From assembly GCF_009931435.1 (NCBI RefSeq), contig NZ_CP043415.1: a stretch of DNA of 64,000 nucleotides, one strand, 5' to 3'. Shown here in pieces: positions 34,303 to 43,333 of this stretch. Numbering within the stretch: position 1 is the first letter of the stretch; each line of letters starts with the position of its first letter. The notes beneath the pieces were generated by a model that was not told the DNA's origin, did no database searches, and was given only the letters and a program-made list of their open reading frames with translations. Source of the stretch: Escherichia coli (GTDB taxonomy: Bacteria; Pseudomonadota; Gammaproteobacteria; Enterobacterales; Enterobacteriaceae). Both the position numbers and the translations under genes were made by a program.

Positions 34303-37300
34303 TCAGTCTCCGCCCAGGGTTTTCTCTTTCTGCAGGTCACGAACCATATCCCGCTCCATCTGCTGCAGTCGCTCCTGCAGCAGATTTTCCCGGGCAACCT
34401 CCCGGACCGCTTCCCGCACCCGTTGTGGTTCACGCAGTACACTCTCCGGCAGCGCGGCTTCCCGTTCAGATATGGCAGACCGGTCACGCTCCAGCCCGGC
34501 AATATCCCTGACAGCCTGCTCTGTTTTGCCGTCCGGCAGGTCAGGTTTGTTCTCTGCCATTTTACGGACAATTTCATCCGCACGGCGTTCCGTTTCACGG
34601 CGGATGGCCTCTTCAGCCTGCCGCTGTGCCAGTACCTCTGCCGTGACCGGTTCGCCATTTCCGGCTCCCGGCTGAACGCTGTTGTCCGGGATATCCCCCC
34701 ACACGCGACCACCGGTGATGGTACCGGGATTCCACGGACGACCTTCACCGGCGATTCTTACCACCACACCGCTGTCAGGATTATCACGGGCAATCCGGAC
34801 ACCATCCTGCATATTATCAGCCAGCAGGCTCTCTCCGTTACGGCTGCCCTGCAGGGCCACGAACTGCGCATCCCCGCTGCCTTTCACCCGGCCTTCACCA
34901 CTGAAGCCCCGCAGCCCGTTTCCGTCATCCGTGGTCAGCGGATTCAGCCAGATACCGGCGGACTTGCCGTTACGGTCAAAAGCCGGCAGTGCCACATACG
35001 GTTGCGGATATTTACGTCCCGGAGCAATAAACCGTGCAGGACTGTCTCCCCCGGCCAGCCCCGCCTGACGGAGAACGGCACGGCCTGCCGCCACGTCCCG
35101 CAGCTCCCGCGCCGTACTGAACAACCGCTCTGCATTCATGACCTCCCGGTCCGGTTTCGGCTCAAACACATCGTGGGCAGTTCCTTTCTGTACGGCATTG
35201 TTGATGGCATCCGTCCAGCCCTGACGGTTATCGGTGTACACCTGCACATGCTGCTTCATACGCGACAGGGCCACATAGGCTGACTCAAAGCCGGCCATCT
35301 GTTTCCGGTTACCTTCCGTGCCTTCAAGCGCAATGGCAAAGGTTTCACTTGCCCCCTGCGCACCGTGAGCGGTGATGGCATAGGCCAGGTCAATATGTTG
35401 CTCTGCCTGCTCCTGGCCGGGGCGAATCTCCCGGGTCTGCAGTCCGTCCGACAGCGTGACACTGTCACCGGAAACCGCTGTCACCGTCCAGACGCTGTTG
35501 GCCACATAACCGCGCTCCCGGTCACTCTTCGTGAAGCGCATCCGGTCACCGGTTCCCACCCGGATGGTGTCCGGAGTGTATAGTGTGACGCCTTCAGCCA
35601 CCGCCTCCCGGGGCGAAATCAGCCGCGTGTTACCTTCCGCATCCTCCAGGGTTATCAGCCCGTCATCCTTACTGATACCGGCAATCCGGTGATACACATT
35701 ATCCACCAGGGCAAGTGCGTCCCGATGTGTCTCCCAGGTGGAGAGACGACGCAACTCCCCGTCGCGTATATTCGCTGTGTTCAGGACAGGCACCATGACC
35801 TGCTCTTTTCCCAGCTCACCGGCCTTTTCCAGTGCATCATGAATCATGCTGTTCAGCACGCGCCGGTCCTCATTCAGGTGCGTAACAATCAGCGTCTGCT
35901 CCCGTGCTTCCGGTGTCCTGCCGGTATAGTCGCGGACAATGGCTTCATACAGTGTCATGGGGACATCCGGAAAAGCCTCGCCTTTCAGCATCGCTTTCTG
36001 CTGCGCTTCTGCCAGTTTCGCTTCCTGGCTGTGACTGAACTCCGTCACGGAGTGCTCCGGTGCCCATGCGCCCTCCAGACGTGGCACCTGAGACGGTTTC
36101 ACACTCTCAAGCCCGGACAGTGCCCTTTCCACATCCCGGTTAATCAGGCTGTATACCGCCTCCCGCAGTTCCGGCGTCTGACGCACAATCTCCTTCATGA
36201 TGGCCACATCGGCAGCACTGCGCGTCTGCTGGAGACGGAAAGGCTGACCGGGCGCGATGGCCTGCAGCTGGTCCGTGTCACCGCTGGCCACGGCACGACC
36301 ACCACCGGCCGCAATCAGGGCGTATGCCCGTGCCATGTCGGTATTGCCCACCATTGAGCTCTCATCGAGCAGGAACAGCGTGTTGCTGAAATCCGGCGTT
36401 TCTCCGCTGCGCTGCTGCAGCTGCGTGTCATGCAGAAAGGACGCCAGTGTCTGTGCATCCACGCCTGCGCTGCGCATCTCCCCGACCGCACGGTGCGTGG
36501 GCCCCAGCCCAACGACACGGGGACGCTCACTCTCCGGCAGCATGTTCACGGCTGACATCACCGCCCGGAACTGTGTGGTCTTACCCACCCCGGCATACCC
36601 CTGCACCACCGTGAAACGGTCGGACGTTTCCAGTATCATGCGGGTGGCGGCACGCTGTCCTGATGTCAGTTTCTCCATGAGTTCGCCAGGTACTCTCTCC
36701 ATCAGCGGCGTGACCGCCTCCTTACCCTCGAGAATATGGCGAAGAATGCTCTTTTCTGCCTCATACGACGCACGGGAAACCAGCAGGTCTGTGCCATAGC
36801 CTTTAGCCACATCCACATGCAGTAAATCACCCCGTTTTATCTGCGCATCGATTTCCCGCCCCAGTTCAGTAAAACTGGTTCCTTCTGCAGCAAACGACTT
36901 TGCCTCTGTCAGCAGGTCCACATGGCTGAAGGCCAGGTTTTTACTTTCCACCACCGGAAGGGCCAGATGAATGGCCTGCTGTGCCGGCGTGTGAAGTGCG
37001 GACTTCTGATGACTGATAGCCGTTTCCAGCGATGTCTCACCGGCACGCGCCTTTATCTGCTCAGAAACCACCGTAAAGGAGGGATGGCGGGCAAGTTTTT
37101 CCGCAGTACGGGTTTCATCCAGTGAGGAATACAGCCGGACATCACGACCGCTGCGGGCCAGACCGTTCAGGGTGGCGTTGTCCATTGCCATCTGTGTGAC
37201 GGAGGCAAAAACCTTCGCACTGTCGCTGACGGAATGCCCGGGCGTTTCCACCCAGCCGTTCTCCAGCTTCAGTGCCGTGAACGGTGAATCAGCCACAGGC

Positions 37301-39573
37301 AGGGTGGCCGGTTCAGCCCGCCCCGGCACAACAACCGTCATCGCATCTTCACTGACGGATGCCACCTGCAGGCGGTCACCGCCGGAGACGCGGAGTCCGG
37401 GAATTTTCCCTGTCACCCTCAGTCGCTCGCCGTCTGCCACCGGCATTTTTTCCGGCCGGAACAGCGACCAGCTGCTGTCCAGGGAGGAAATACGCACCAC
37501 CTGCGTTTCACCCTGCGCATCCCGCAGGGTCAGGCTGTGACTCTGCGCCGTCACCCGGTCGATAACATAGCGGTCATGACTGCGTGTCTCCGGGTTCCAC
37601 TGCTCCATCACCATCCCCGGACGGTACATATCCCGCAGATAACGGCTCCGGCTGTCCAGCCAGACCGGTGACAGGGCGGTCATGGTTACCTCCGGGTGTC
37701 CGAGCACGCCCTGTGTTTTCAGCTCACTGCGAATGGCCTGTGTCAGTATGGCCTGTTCCCGTACCCCGCTGACCTGTGCCACGCTCTCTTCTCCGGCTTT
37801 CACGCTGACCGCAAAATCTCCTGCCAGCCGGGCATAGCGGACATTACGGTCCGGTTCACTGATGATGGTGGCCGGTCGCTGTTCTCCCCCCTGCCAGCGA
37901 TATGTGTTCACCCCGGCATCCTTCATGGCCATCAGTGCACTGCCTGTACCGGTTCGCTGCCCGCTGTCGGTTATCAGGACCTGTACGTTATGACGTGCAG
38001 CACCGTCCAGCAGGGTTAACGTCTCTTTCAGGGAGAGTTTTTCGCCCTGGTCAACGATAACAGTACTGCCCGGCGTGAAGGCCATGCCTTCCAGCAGCTG
38101 ACGACGTCCGGTTATCAGCTCACCGGACAACCGTTCATCCTGCTTCAGGTTCATCTGCGAGCGACGGTCAGCAGCGATAATCTGCACCTCCCGCCCCTGC
38201 TCCCGGGCCATCATGACCAGTTCAGCCACCCGCTCACGCTGCCCGGCTGCACCGCCCTGCCCGGACACAATGGCCAGCGACGGACGGTCCTGTGCCAGAA
38301 CACTGACCGCATCGCTGTAACCAGCCGTCCGGGGGACACTTTTCTCCGGATGTACGGTCACCCGGTTCTGTTTCATGATGTCACGACTGAGTGCCCGGAC
38401 TGACAGCTCATCGAGCACATGAATCCCGGACGTGAACAGCCCCTTCTCACGATCGAGGGGGATAAGCTGCTCACGGCTGATGGCCTCATCGATACCGGCG
38501 CGTGCCCGTTCAATCACACCATTTTCCGGCGGCAGTATGCCGACCGTTCTGGCCAGCACGTCCGTGTACGTAAACTGCACTTTTCGTTCACTTAATCCGG
38601 CAATGGCCTGTGTCACCGCCTGCTGCACATCCGGCCCCTCCTGTGAAACAGCCCCGGGCGCCTGCGTGCGGGTCTCCGCACGCTGATCCGCCGCGTCACG
38701 ATATGCCCGGATGTCGAACCCGGTTTCCTTCAGCGTCTGCATCCATTCAGCCATTCTGACTTCAGGATCGACGTGCTGTTTGGATTTTCGCGTATCCAGT
38801 GCCGCCACATCCCGGGATTTCAGCGAGGCATCTTCCCCGACGGCCTCCCGGATTGCCTGTGAGCGTCCGGAAAAGGCCTCCACCGGTACGCCCGGCATTT
38901 CCCACATACCGTGCTTACCCACCACTTCGGTTTCATAGCCCAGCGCCTCAACCTGCTCTTTCAGTTTTTCCCGGTAGAGCCTGCCAAAGGCAATCTGATT
39001 AGCGTACACATTCTCAATGAACCCCGTTTTCCCCACTTTGTCACTGCTCAGTGTCTTCCATTCGCCGTTATGCTGCGTGACATTAGCCACCACCGCATGC
39101 GTGTGTAACTGTGGTTCCTGATCGCGACTGGTGTCGTGGTTAAACAGTGCCATCACCAGATTACCGGTCAGCACCGTTTCTGACTGTCCGTCCGTCATCA
39201 CCCGTGTGGAGGCCAGCGCCTCCACCTGACGAACAGCAAAGTCCACGGCCTGGTTATGTGCATCAATCAGGCGCTTATCGCCACCTAACATGGCCATCAT
39301 GGAGACACTTTTGGGGGCGGAGAAGGTCAGGTCGTAGCCGGGACGATGCCTGTTACTGCCATCCTGCATGCGGCTTAGATCCGCTCCGTCCGGCAGCCTT
39401 CCCTCCAGAAGACGGGTAAAAACATCCTTATCGACACTGCCCTGCAGTCCCAGCTGTTCAGCCCCCCTGCCGGCCCAGCGTTCTCCCATGCTGCCCAGCA
39501 CATAGTAATTATCCTTGTCGGTATAATAGTTCCCGGCACTGCCGGCCGATCTGACCTGCGCGATACTCATCAT
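34303..39573 (-). CDS. traI: relaxase/helicase TraI
   Basis: 1756 aa; [27 protein letters not shown] relaxase N-terminus; helicase Walker A QGYAGVGKTT. Confidence 0.95.
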   Translation of the reverse strand: MMSIAQVRSAGSAGNYYTDKDNYYVLGSMGERWAGRGAEQLGLQGSVDKDVFTRLLEGRLPDGADLSRMQDGSNRHRPGYDLTFSAPKSVSMMAMLGGDKRLIDAHNQAVDFAVRQVEALASTRVMTDGQSETVLTGNLVMALFNHDTSRDQEPQLHTHAVVANVTQHNGEWKTLSSDKVGKTGFIENVYANQIAFGRLYREKLKEQVEALGYETEVVGKHGMWEMPGVPVEAFSGRSQAIREAVGEDASLKSRDVAALDTRKSKQHVDPEVRMAEWMQTLKETGFDIRAYRDAADQRAETRTQAPGAVSQEGPDVQQAVTQAIAGLSERKVQFTYTDVLARTVGILPPENGVIERARAGIDEAISREQLIPLDREKGLFTSGIHVLDELSVRALSRDIMKQNRVTVHPEKSVPRTAGYSDAVSVLAQDRPSLAIVSGQGGAAGQRERVAELVMMAREQGREVQIIAADRRSQMNLKQDERLSGELITGRRQLLEGMAFTPGSTVIVDQGEKLSLKETLTLLDGAARHNVQVLITDSGQRTGTGSALMAMKDAGVNTYRWQGGEQRPATIISEPDRNVRYARLAGDFAVSVKAGEESVAQVSGVREQAILTQAIRSELKTQGVLGHPEVTMTALSPVWLDSRSRYLRDMYRPGMVMEQWNPETRSHDRYVIDRVTAQSHSLTLRDAQGETQVVRISSLDSSWSLFRPEKMPVADGERLRVTGKIPGLRVSGGDRLQVASVSEDAMTVVVPGRAEPATLPVADSPFTALKLENGWVETPGHSVSDSAKVFASVTQMAMDNATLNGLARSGRDVRLYSSLDETRTAEKLARHPSFTVVSEQIKARAGETSLETAISHQKSALHTPAQQAIHLALPVVESKNLAFSHVDLLTEAKSFAAEGTSFTELGREIDAQIKRGDLLHVDVAKGYGTDLLVSRASYEAEKSILRHILEGKEAVTPLMERVPGELMEKLTSGQRAATRMILETSDRFTVVQGYAGVGKTTQFRAVMSAVNMLPESERPRVVGLGPTHRAVGEMRSAGVDAQTLASFLHDTQLQQRSGETPDFSNTLFLLDESSMVGNTDMARAYALIAAGGGRAVASGDTDQLQAIAPGQPFRLQQTRSAADVAIMKEIVRQTPELREAVYSLINRDVERALSGLESVKPSQVPRLEGAWAPEHSVTEFSHSQEAKLAEAQQKAMLKGEAFPDVPMTLYEAIVRDYTGRTPEAREQTLIVTHLNEDRRVLNSMIHDALEKAGELGKEQVMVPVLNTANIRDGELRRLSTWETHRDALALVDNVYHRIAGISKDDGLITLEDAEGNTRLISPREAVAEGVTLYTPDTIRVGTGDRMRFTKSDRERGYVANSVWTVTAVSGDSVTLSDGLQTREIRPGQEQAEQHIDLAYAITAHGAQGASETFAIALEGTEGNRKQMAGFESAYVALSRMKQHVQVYTDNRQGWTDAINNAVQKGTAHDVFEPKPDREVMNAERLFSTARELRDVAAGRAVLRQAGLAGGDSPARFIAPGRKYPQPYVALPAFDRNGKSAGIWLNPLTTDDGNGLRGFSGEGRVKGSGDAQFVALQGSRNGESLLADNMQDGVRIARDNPDSGVVVRIAGEGRPWNPGTITGGRVWGDIPDNSVQPGAGNGEPVTAEVLAQRQAEEAIRRETERRADEIVRKMAENKPDLPDGKTEQAVRDIAGLERDRSAISEREAALPESVLREPQRVREAVREVARENLLQERLQQMERDMVRDLQKEKTLGGD

Positions 39574-41771
39574 CAGAAATCATCTCCCGGCTCAACATCC
39601 TCCCCGCGCTCCCGGTGCACATTAATGTTCACCTCTTCACGACGCTGCATCTGCTGCTGGATGTCCGGATGATTTTCCTGTTGCCATGCCTCATAAGCGG
39701 CCATATCCACCACTTCACCGGATTCACTGATCCCGGGTGGCAGTTGCTGTTCCATCTCTTCTTCCGGTTTCATTTTCAGCTCCTGCTCGATCCCCCCTGC
39801 CGGAACATTCACACCTGAATCTGACTTCTTATCGTTGATGGCAGGAGACATCGGCTGTTGCGGCTGTTGCGGCTGTTGCGGCTGTTGCGGCTGTTGCGGC
39901 TGTTGCGGCTGTTCAGCCTGAGTCACGTCTTCTCCGGAAACAACTTCCGGCACATCCGGTTCGAAGAGGCTGGCCATCTGACGACCTTCTGCTTCCCTTG
40001 CGGCAAGTACGGCGCTCAGGCGGTTCTCCATTTCCGGGTTGATGTCACGCGGAATAAACTCAGGGGCAACCTTCGGACGTGCCTGATATTTCAGTGAGAG
40101 TTTTACTGCCGGATACGGTCCGGGCAGGGTGACATAACAGGTCAAATCCGGCAGAGACTGAATGTCGGAATAACTGACCAGCGTCTGGCGCTCCATATCC
40201 TTACCGGTCGATACCCCGTCACGTACCGGATCAGCACCGTAGGAGTACTGCTCGCTGGCTTTCAGGTGCTCTTTCTCACCAATCTCACCGGCAGCGAACT
40301 CTGCAATCTTATGGCTGGGAGAACGGAAAAAGGCACGGGTGTTCATGACGTCAAACAGCGTGGCAGCCGCTTTCTCACCGTAGATATCTTCCAGCTGGGC
40401 ATAGGACTGGATACCAAACACATAACAGCCACCGAACTTACGGGCTTCCGGCAGGATCTCCACCAGGTCCGGCAGTTTGTGTAACGTGGGTAGCTCATCA
40501 CAGAAAAACCACACACGACGGTTACGGTTTTCTCCCATTGCCAGCAGACCACGAATGGCAATGGACAGCCACATGGAGATCACCGGCTTCAGGGAGGCAT
40601 GGGTGTCGGCATTCGACGAGATAAACAGCCAGCCGTTTTTCTGATCTTCCCGGACACCCCGCATCCAGTCACGGATGGTAAAAGACTCACCGTTATGCTC
40701 AATCCCCTGCAGGTAACGGATGGCTTTCACGTAGTTGGTCAGCACAGCACGGATGGAAATCGCCGTTTTCTCAATTTTCTCTTCCACCAGGTTGGCCGCC
40801 GGTGAATTACGCAGGAAGGTACGCAGTTTTTCGATTTTGATGGAAAGCAGTGTGTCCACCAGTTTGCTGTAGCTACGGTTGGGGTCATTACGCATCAGGT
40901 ACGCCGCTTCCGCAAAAATGGTACGTCCTGAACCCTGCCAGAACGGGTCCTCTTTTGTGCCCATCGGGATCAGGGTATTTGCCGTATTATCAAAATCCGG
41001 CTGTGTCAGACACTCCTTCCATAAATCCCAGGCGGCACAGCGGGCATCCAGCGGATTCAGGATTTTATCGATGGAGGGATCATAGTAACTTTTAACAAAT
41101 TCCCCCGAACGGTCATAAATCACCACCATATCACCGCGCTGACGGGCGTAGTTGGCCAGACGACGGATAACTTCCGACTTACCGGCCCCGACCGTGCCGT
41201 GCAGACAGAAGTTCTGGATTTCGGAATCCCGGATAATCGGCAGGTCTCCAATCCGGATATCGGAGTCCTTGCCGTCTTTTTTCAGCATCCGGGCAACGTC
41301 TTTCGGATTGTCTGTCAGCTGACGACCACCTGTGGCTTCATTTTCGCTCTGTTGTTTACCCTGACGCCCCAGAATCCAGGAGACAACAAAGAAGGTAATC
41401 AGGCAAATAACCAGTGCCACAACAGCAGCCAGCACGAAGGCGGACCATAACTGCTCACTGCACCAGATCATATATTTGTCATGCAGTACCTGAGCAGCGT
41501 TCATGCGGAAGGTTTTACCGTAATACTGGATCTCATAGACCGGCTGGGATTTGATTAAATCCCGCATGCCTTCCAGCGTGGTACACCACCAGTAAATACA
41601 GCCGTTCACAAACGTCTGCCAGCTTATTTTTATCCATAAAACCAGACCAACGAGTATCCAGAAAAAAATAAACAGGCAGTAAAGCATGATATTGGCGATC
41701 TGGCTGAACATGCGGATACGCATGGACGCAATCTGACCGCCCTGGGTCATATCCTTTGCGTTAAAACTCAT
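39573..41771 (-). CDS. traD: type IV coupling protein TraD
   Basis: 732 aa; Walker [10 protein letters not shown]-terminal (QQP)n tract; stop overlaps the traI start by 1 nt. Confidence 0.95.
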   Translation of the reverse strand: MSFNAKDMTQGGQIASMRIRMFSQIANIMLYCLFIFFWILVGLVLWIKISWQTFVNGCIYWWCTTLEGMRDLIKSQPVYEIQYYGKTFRMNAAQVLHDKYMIWCSEQLWSAFVLAAVVALVICLITFFVVSWILGRQGKQQSENEATGGRQLTDNPKDVARMLKKDGKDSDIRIGDLPIIRDSEIQNFCLHGTVGAGKSEVIRRLANYARQRGDMVVIYDRSGEFVKSYYDPSIDKILNPLDARCAAWDLWKECLTQPDFDNTANTLIPMGTKEDPFWQGSGRTIFAEAAYLMRNDPNRSYSKLVDTLLSIKIEKLRTFLRNSPAANLVEEKIEKTAISIRAVLTNYVKAIRYLQGIEHNGESFTIRDWMRGVREDQKNGWLFISSNADTHASLKPVISMWLSIAIRGLLAMGENRNRRVWFFCDELPTLHKLPDLVEILPEARKFGGCYVFGIQSYAQLEDIYGEKAAATLFDVMNTRAFFRSPSHKIAEFAAGEIGEKEHLKASEQYSYGADPVRDGVSTGKDMERQTLVSYSDIQSLPDLTCYVTLPGPYPAVKLSLKYQARPKVAPEFIPRDINPEMENRLSAVLAAREAEGRQMASLFEPDVPEVVSGEDVTQAEQPQQPQQPQQPQQPQQPQQPMSPAINDKKSDSGVNVPAGGIEQELKMKPEEEMEQQLPPGISESGEVVDMAAYEAWQQENHPDIQQQMQRREEVNINVHRERGEDVEPGDDF
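39851..39915 (-). repeat. tandem 9-bp coding repeat in traD encoding (QQP)n
   Basis: CGGCTGTTG repeated ~6.5 times on the plus strand (CAGCAGCCG on the coding strand). Confidence 0.9.
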
Positions 41772-41989
41772 GATGATATTCCGAAGAAAAAAAGTCAGTC
41801 GGACTGATTATTAATGATGAAAAGATTAATAACCGTTAAATTCCGGCTTCGCCGGCAACACTTCACGGTCGCACAAAGAATTTGCACAACCGCTCAGTGT
41901 TTTCATATTTATTTCGGAAACGCCGGGGAGAAATAAAATTTATTTTATTTCTTTCCGGGGTTGGACAACGAGCAAAGCGAGGCGTCAGT

Positions 41990-42012
41990 CAGGAGGCCGG
42001 TCAGACCAGCCT
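41990..42012 (-). terminator. hairpin after traT (candidate terminator)
   Basis: GGAGGCcggtcagaccaGCCTCC directly 3' of the traT stop, followed by a second hairpin. Confidence 0.4.
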
Positions 42013-42023
42013 CCGGAAGATAA

Positions 42024-42758
42024 TCAGAGAATATTTGCGATTGATTTGGCCAGCTGGTCTTCGAGAACAGGCTTCGCCTCTTCAAATTTCAGGTTAACCT
42101 TGTTCGCATTTGAGACCACACGGGTCTGGTATTTATGCTGGTTACCTGTTTCTGTACTGGTCTGAATTTTCGCACCTGATGTGCCCTGACGCAGGGCGGC
42201 AACATTATCCGTTGTCACCGTTGCCTTAGTACGCTCTGCAATCTGCACATCCGTGATCATGGTATAGTTCACATCTTCCACCATCGCATCTGCAGCCATA
42301 CCCACCAGACCGGCAGCAAGGCCCACACCGAGTGTGGCACCGGCAGAATTGGAATTATATCCGGTGATACCGGCACCTAACGCTGCACCAACTGCTGCGC
42401 CTTCATAACCACGGTTCAGCCATCCCTGAGACTCCCGCAGATCCATCTTATCGGCCTTCAGCACATTCGCCTGAATCCAGTAGTAGGCTTTATCCGGAGA
42501 AGTCACCACCTGATACCCTTTTGCTTTCACAGCATCAGCAATTTTGCCCTGCAGCCCACTCATGTCTTTATCAGACGTGTTTTTGATCTGCAGAAATACC
42601 GTGCGTTCGCTGGCGGGTTCAAGCCAGATGGTCTCACTCATCTGAGTCTTCACCTCAAGGTTACGCTTCTTGATTGCTGTGCTCATCGCACCACACCCTG
42701 AAAGGGCCAGAGTGGAACTGACCAGTGCAACCATCATTAGTTTTTTTGTTTTCATCAT
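42024..42758 (-). CDS. traT: surface exclusion / serum-resistance lipoprotein TraT
   Basis: Lipobox LALSGCGA; near-identical to F TraT. Confidence 0.93.
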   Translation of the reverse strand: MMKTKKLMMVALVSSTLALSGCGAMSTAIKKRNLEVKTQMSETIWLEPASERTVFLQIKNTSDKDMSGLQGKIADAVKAKGYQVVTSPDKAYYWIQANVLKADKMDLRESQGWLNRGYEGAAVGAALGAGITGYNSNSAGATLGVGLAAGLVGMAADAMVEDVNYTMITDVQIAERTKATVTTDNVAALRQGTSGAKIQTSTETGNQHKYQTRVVSNANKVNLKFEEAKPVLEDQLAKSIANIL

Positions 42759-42779
42759 ATATTTACTCTCTAATATCTT

Positions 42780-43301
42780 TTATTTTACTCTTGATAACTT
42801 CTTGTTTTTGACGTAACTATTGATTGCATCAATAACACCAACAAATTGATATCTACCGATATCTAATTGAATCAAGAACGCCATAATAACCGTCACTAAA
42901 ATTGCGCCAAAACCGTATATAATCCCTCCACCTAAAAAAGACCATAAAAATATAACCCCCATATACACAATGAAATACACTTTAAGTTTTGATGATATAA
43001 CCCTCATTACGGATGATGTCTTTAGGAATTCTTCCGGCAGAGAGAAATATAACATTCTAATCCTTGCCACAATAAACAGAATAATAAGTCCAAGCCATCC
43101 TCCGGCTAACACAGCAGTGAGTGTTTCACTTGTCTTTTGTGTTATTAGAAATGACATTAGCAAGGGACAAAAAATCATCCACCCCATGATGATAAGCCCG
43201 GGTTTTAATCCCTGCCATAGTGACGGAATTCTAATATCTCCTGAGTCAATATGTTTCTTTAAAACTTCCAACTCACTACTGATAATTTGTTGTGTAATCA
43301 T
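42780..43301 (-). CDS. traS: entry exclusion inner-membrane protein TraS
   Basis: 173-aa hydrophobic, AT-rich ORF between traG and traT. Confidence 0.8.
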   Translation of the reverse strand: MITQQIISSELEVLKKHIDSGDIRIPSLWQGLKPGLIIMGWMIFCPLLMSFLITQKTSETLTAVLAGGWLGLIILFIVARIRMLYFSLPEEFLKTSSVMRVISSKLKVYFIVYMGVIFLWSFLGGGIIYGFGAILVTVIMAFLIQLDIGRYQFVGVIDAINSYVKNKKLSRVK

Positions 43302-43333
43302 GGTCTCTCCATACCCTACCCAACATGTTATGA

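Noticed and set aside
34129-35283. 384-aa plus-strand ORF (and many 60-220-aa ORFs) inside traI
   Set aside because: Antisense to a confidently identified gene in a GC-rich region; low-complexity Ser/Arg/Pro-rich translations typical of spurious antisense frames.
39851-39915. Possible CRISPR-like array (regular short repeats)
   Set aside because: The repeats are 9 bp, contiguous with no spacers, and lie in frame within traD coding sequence.
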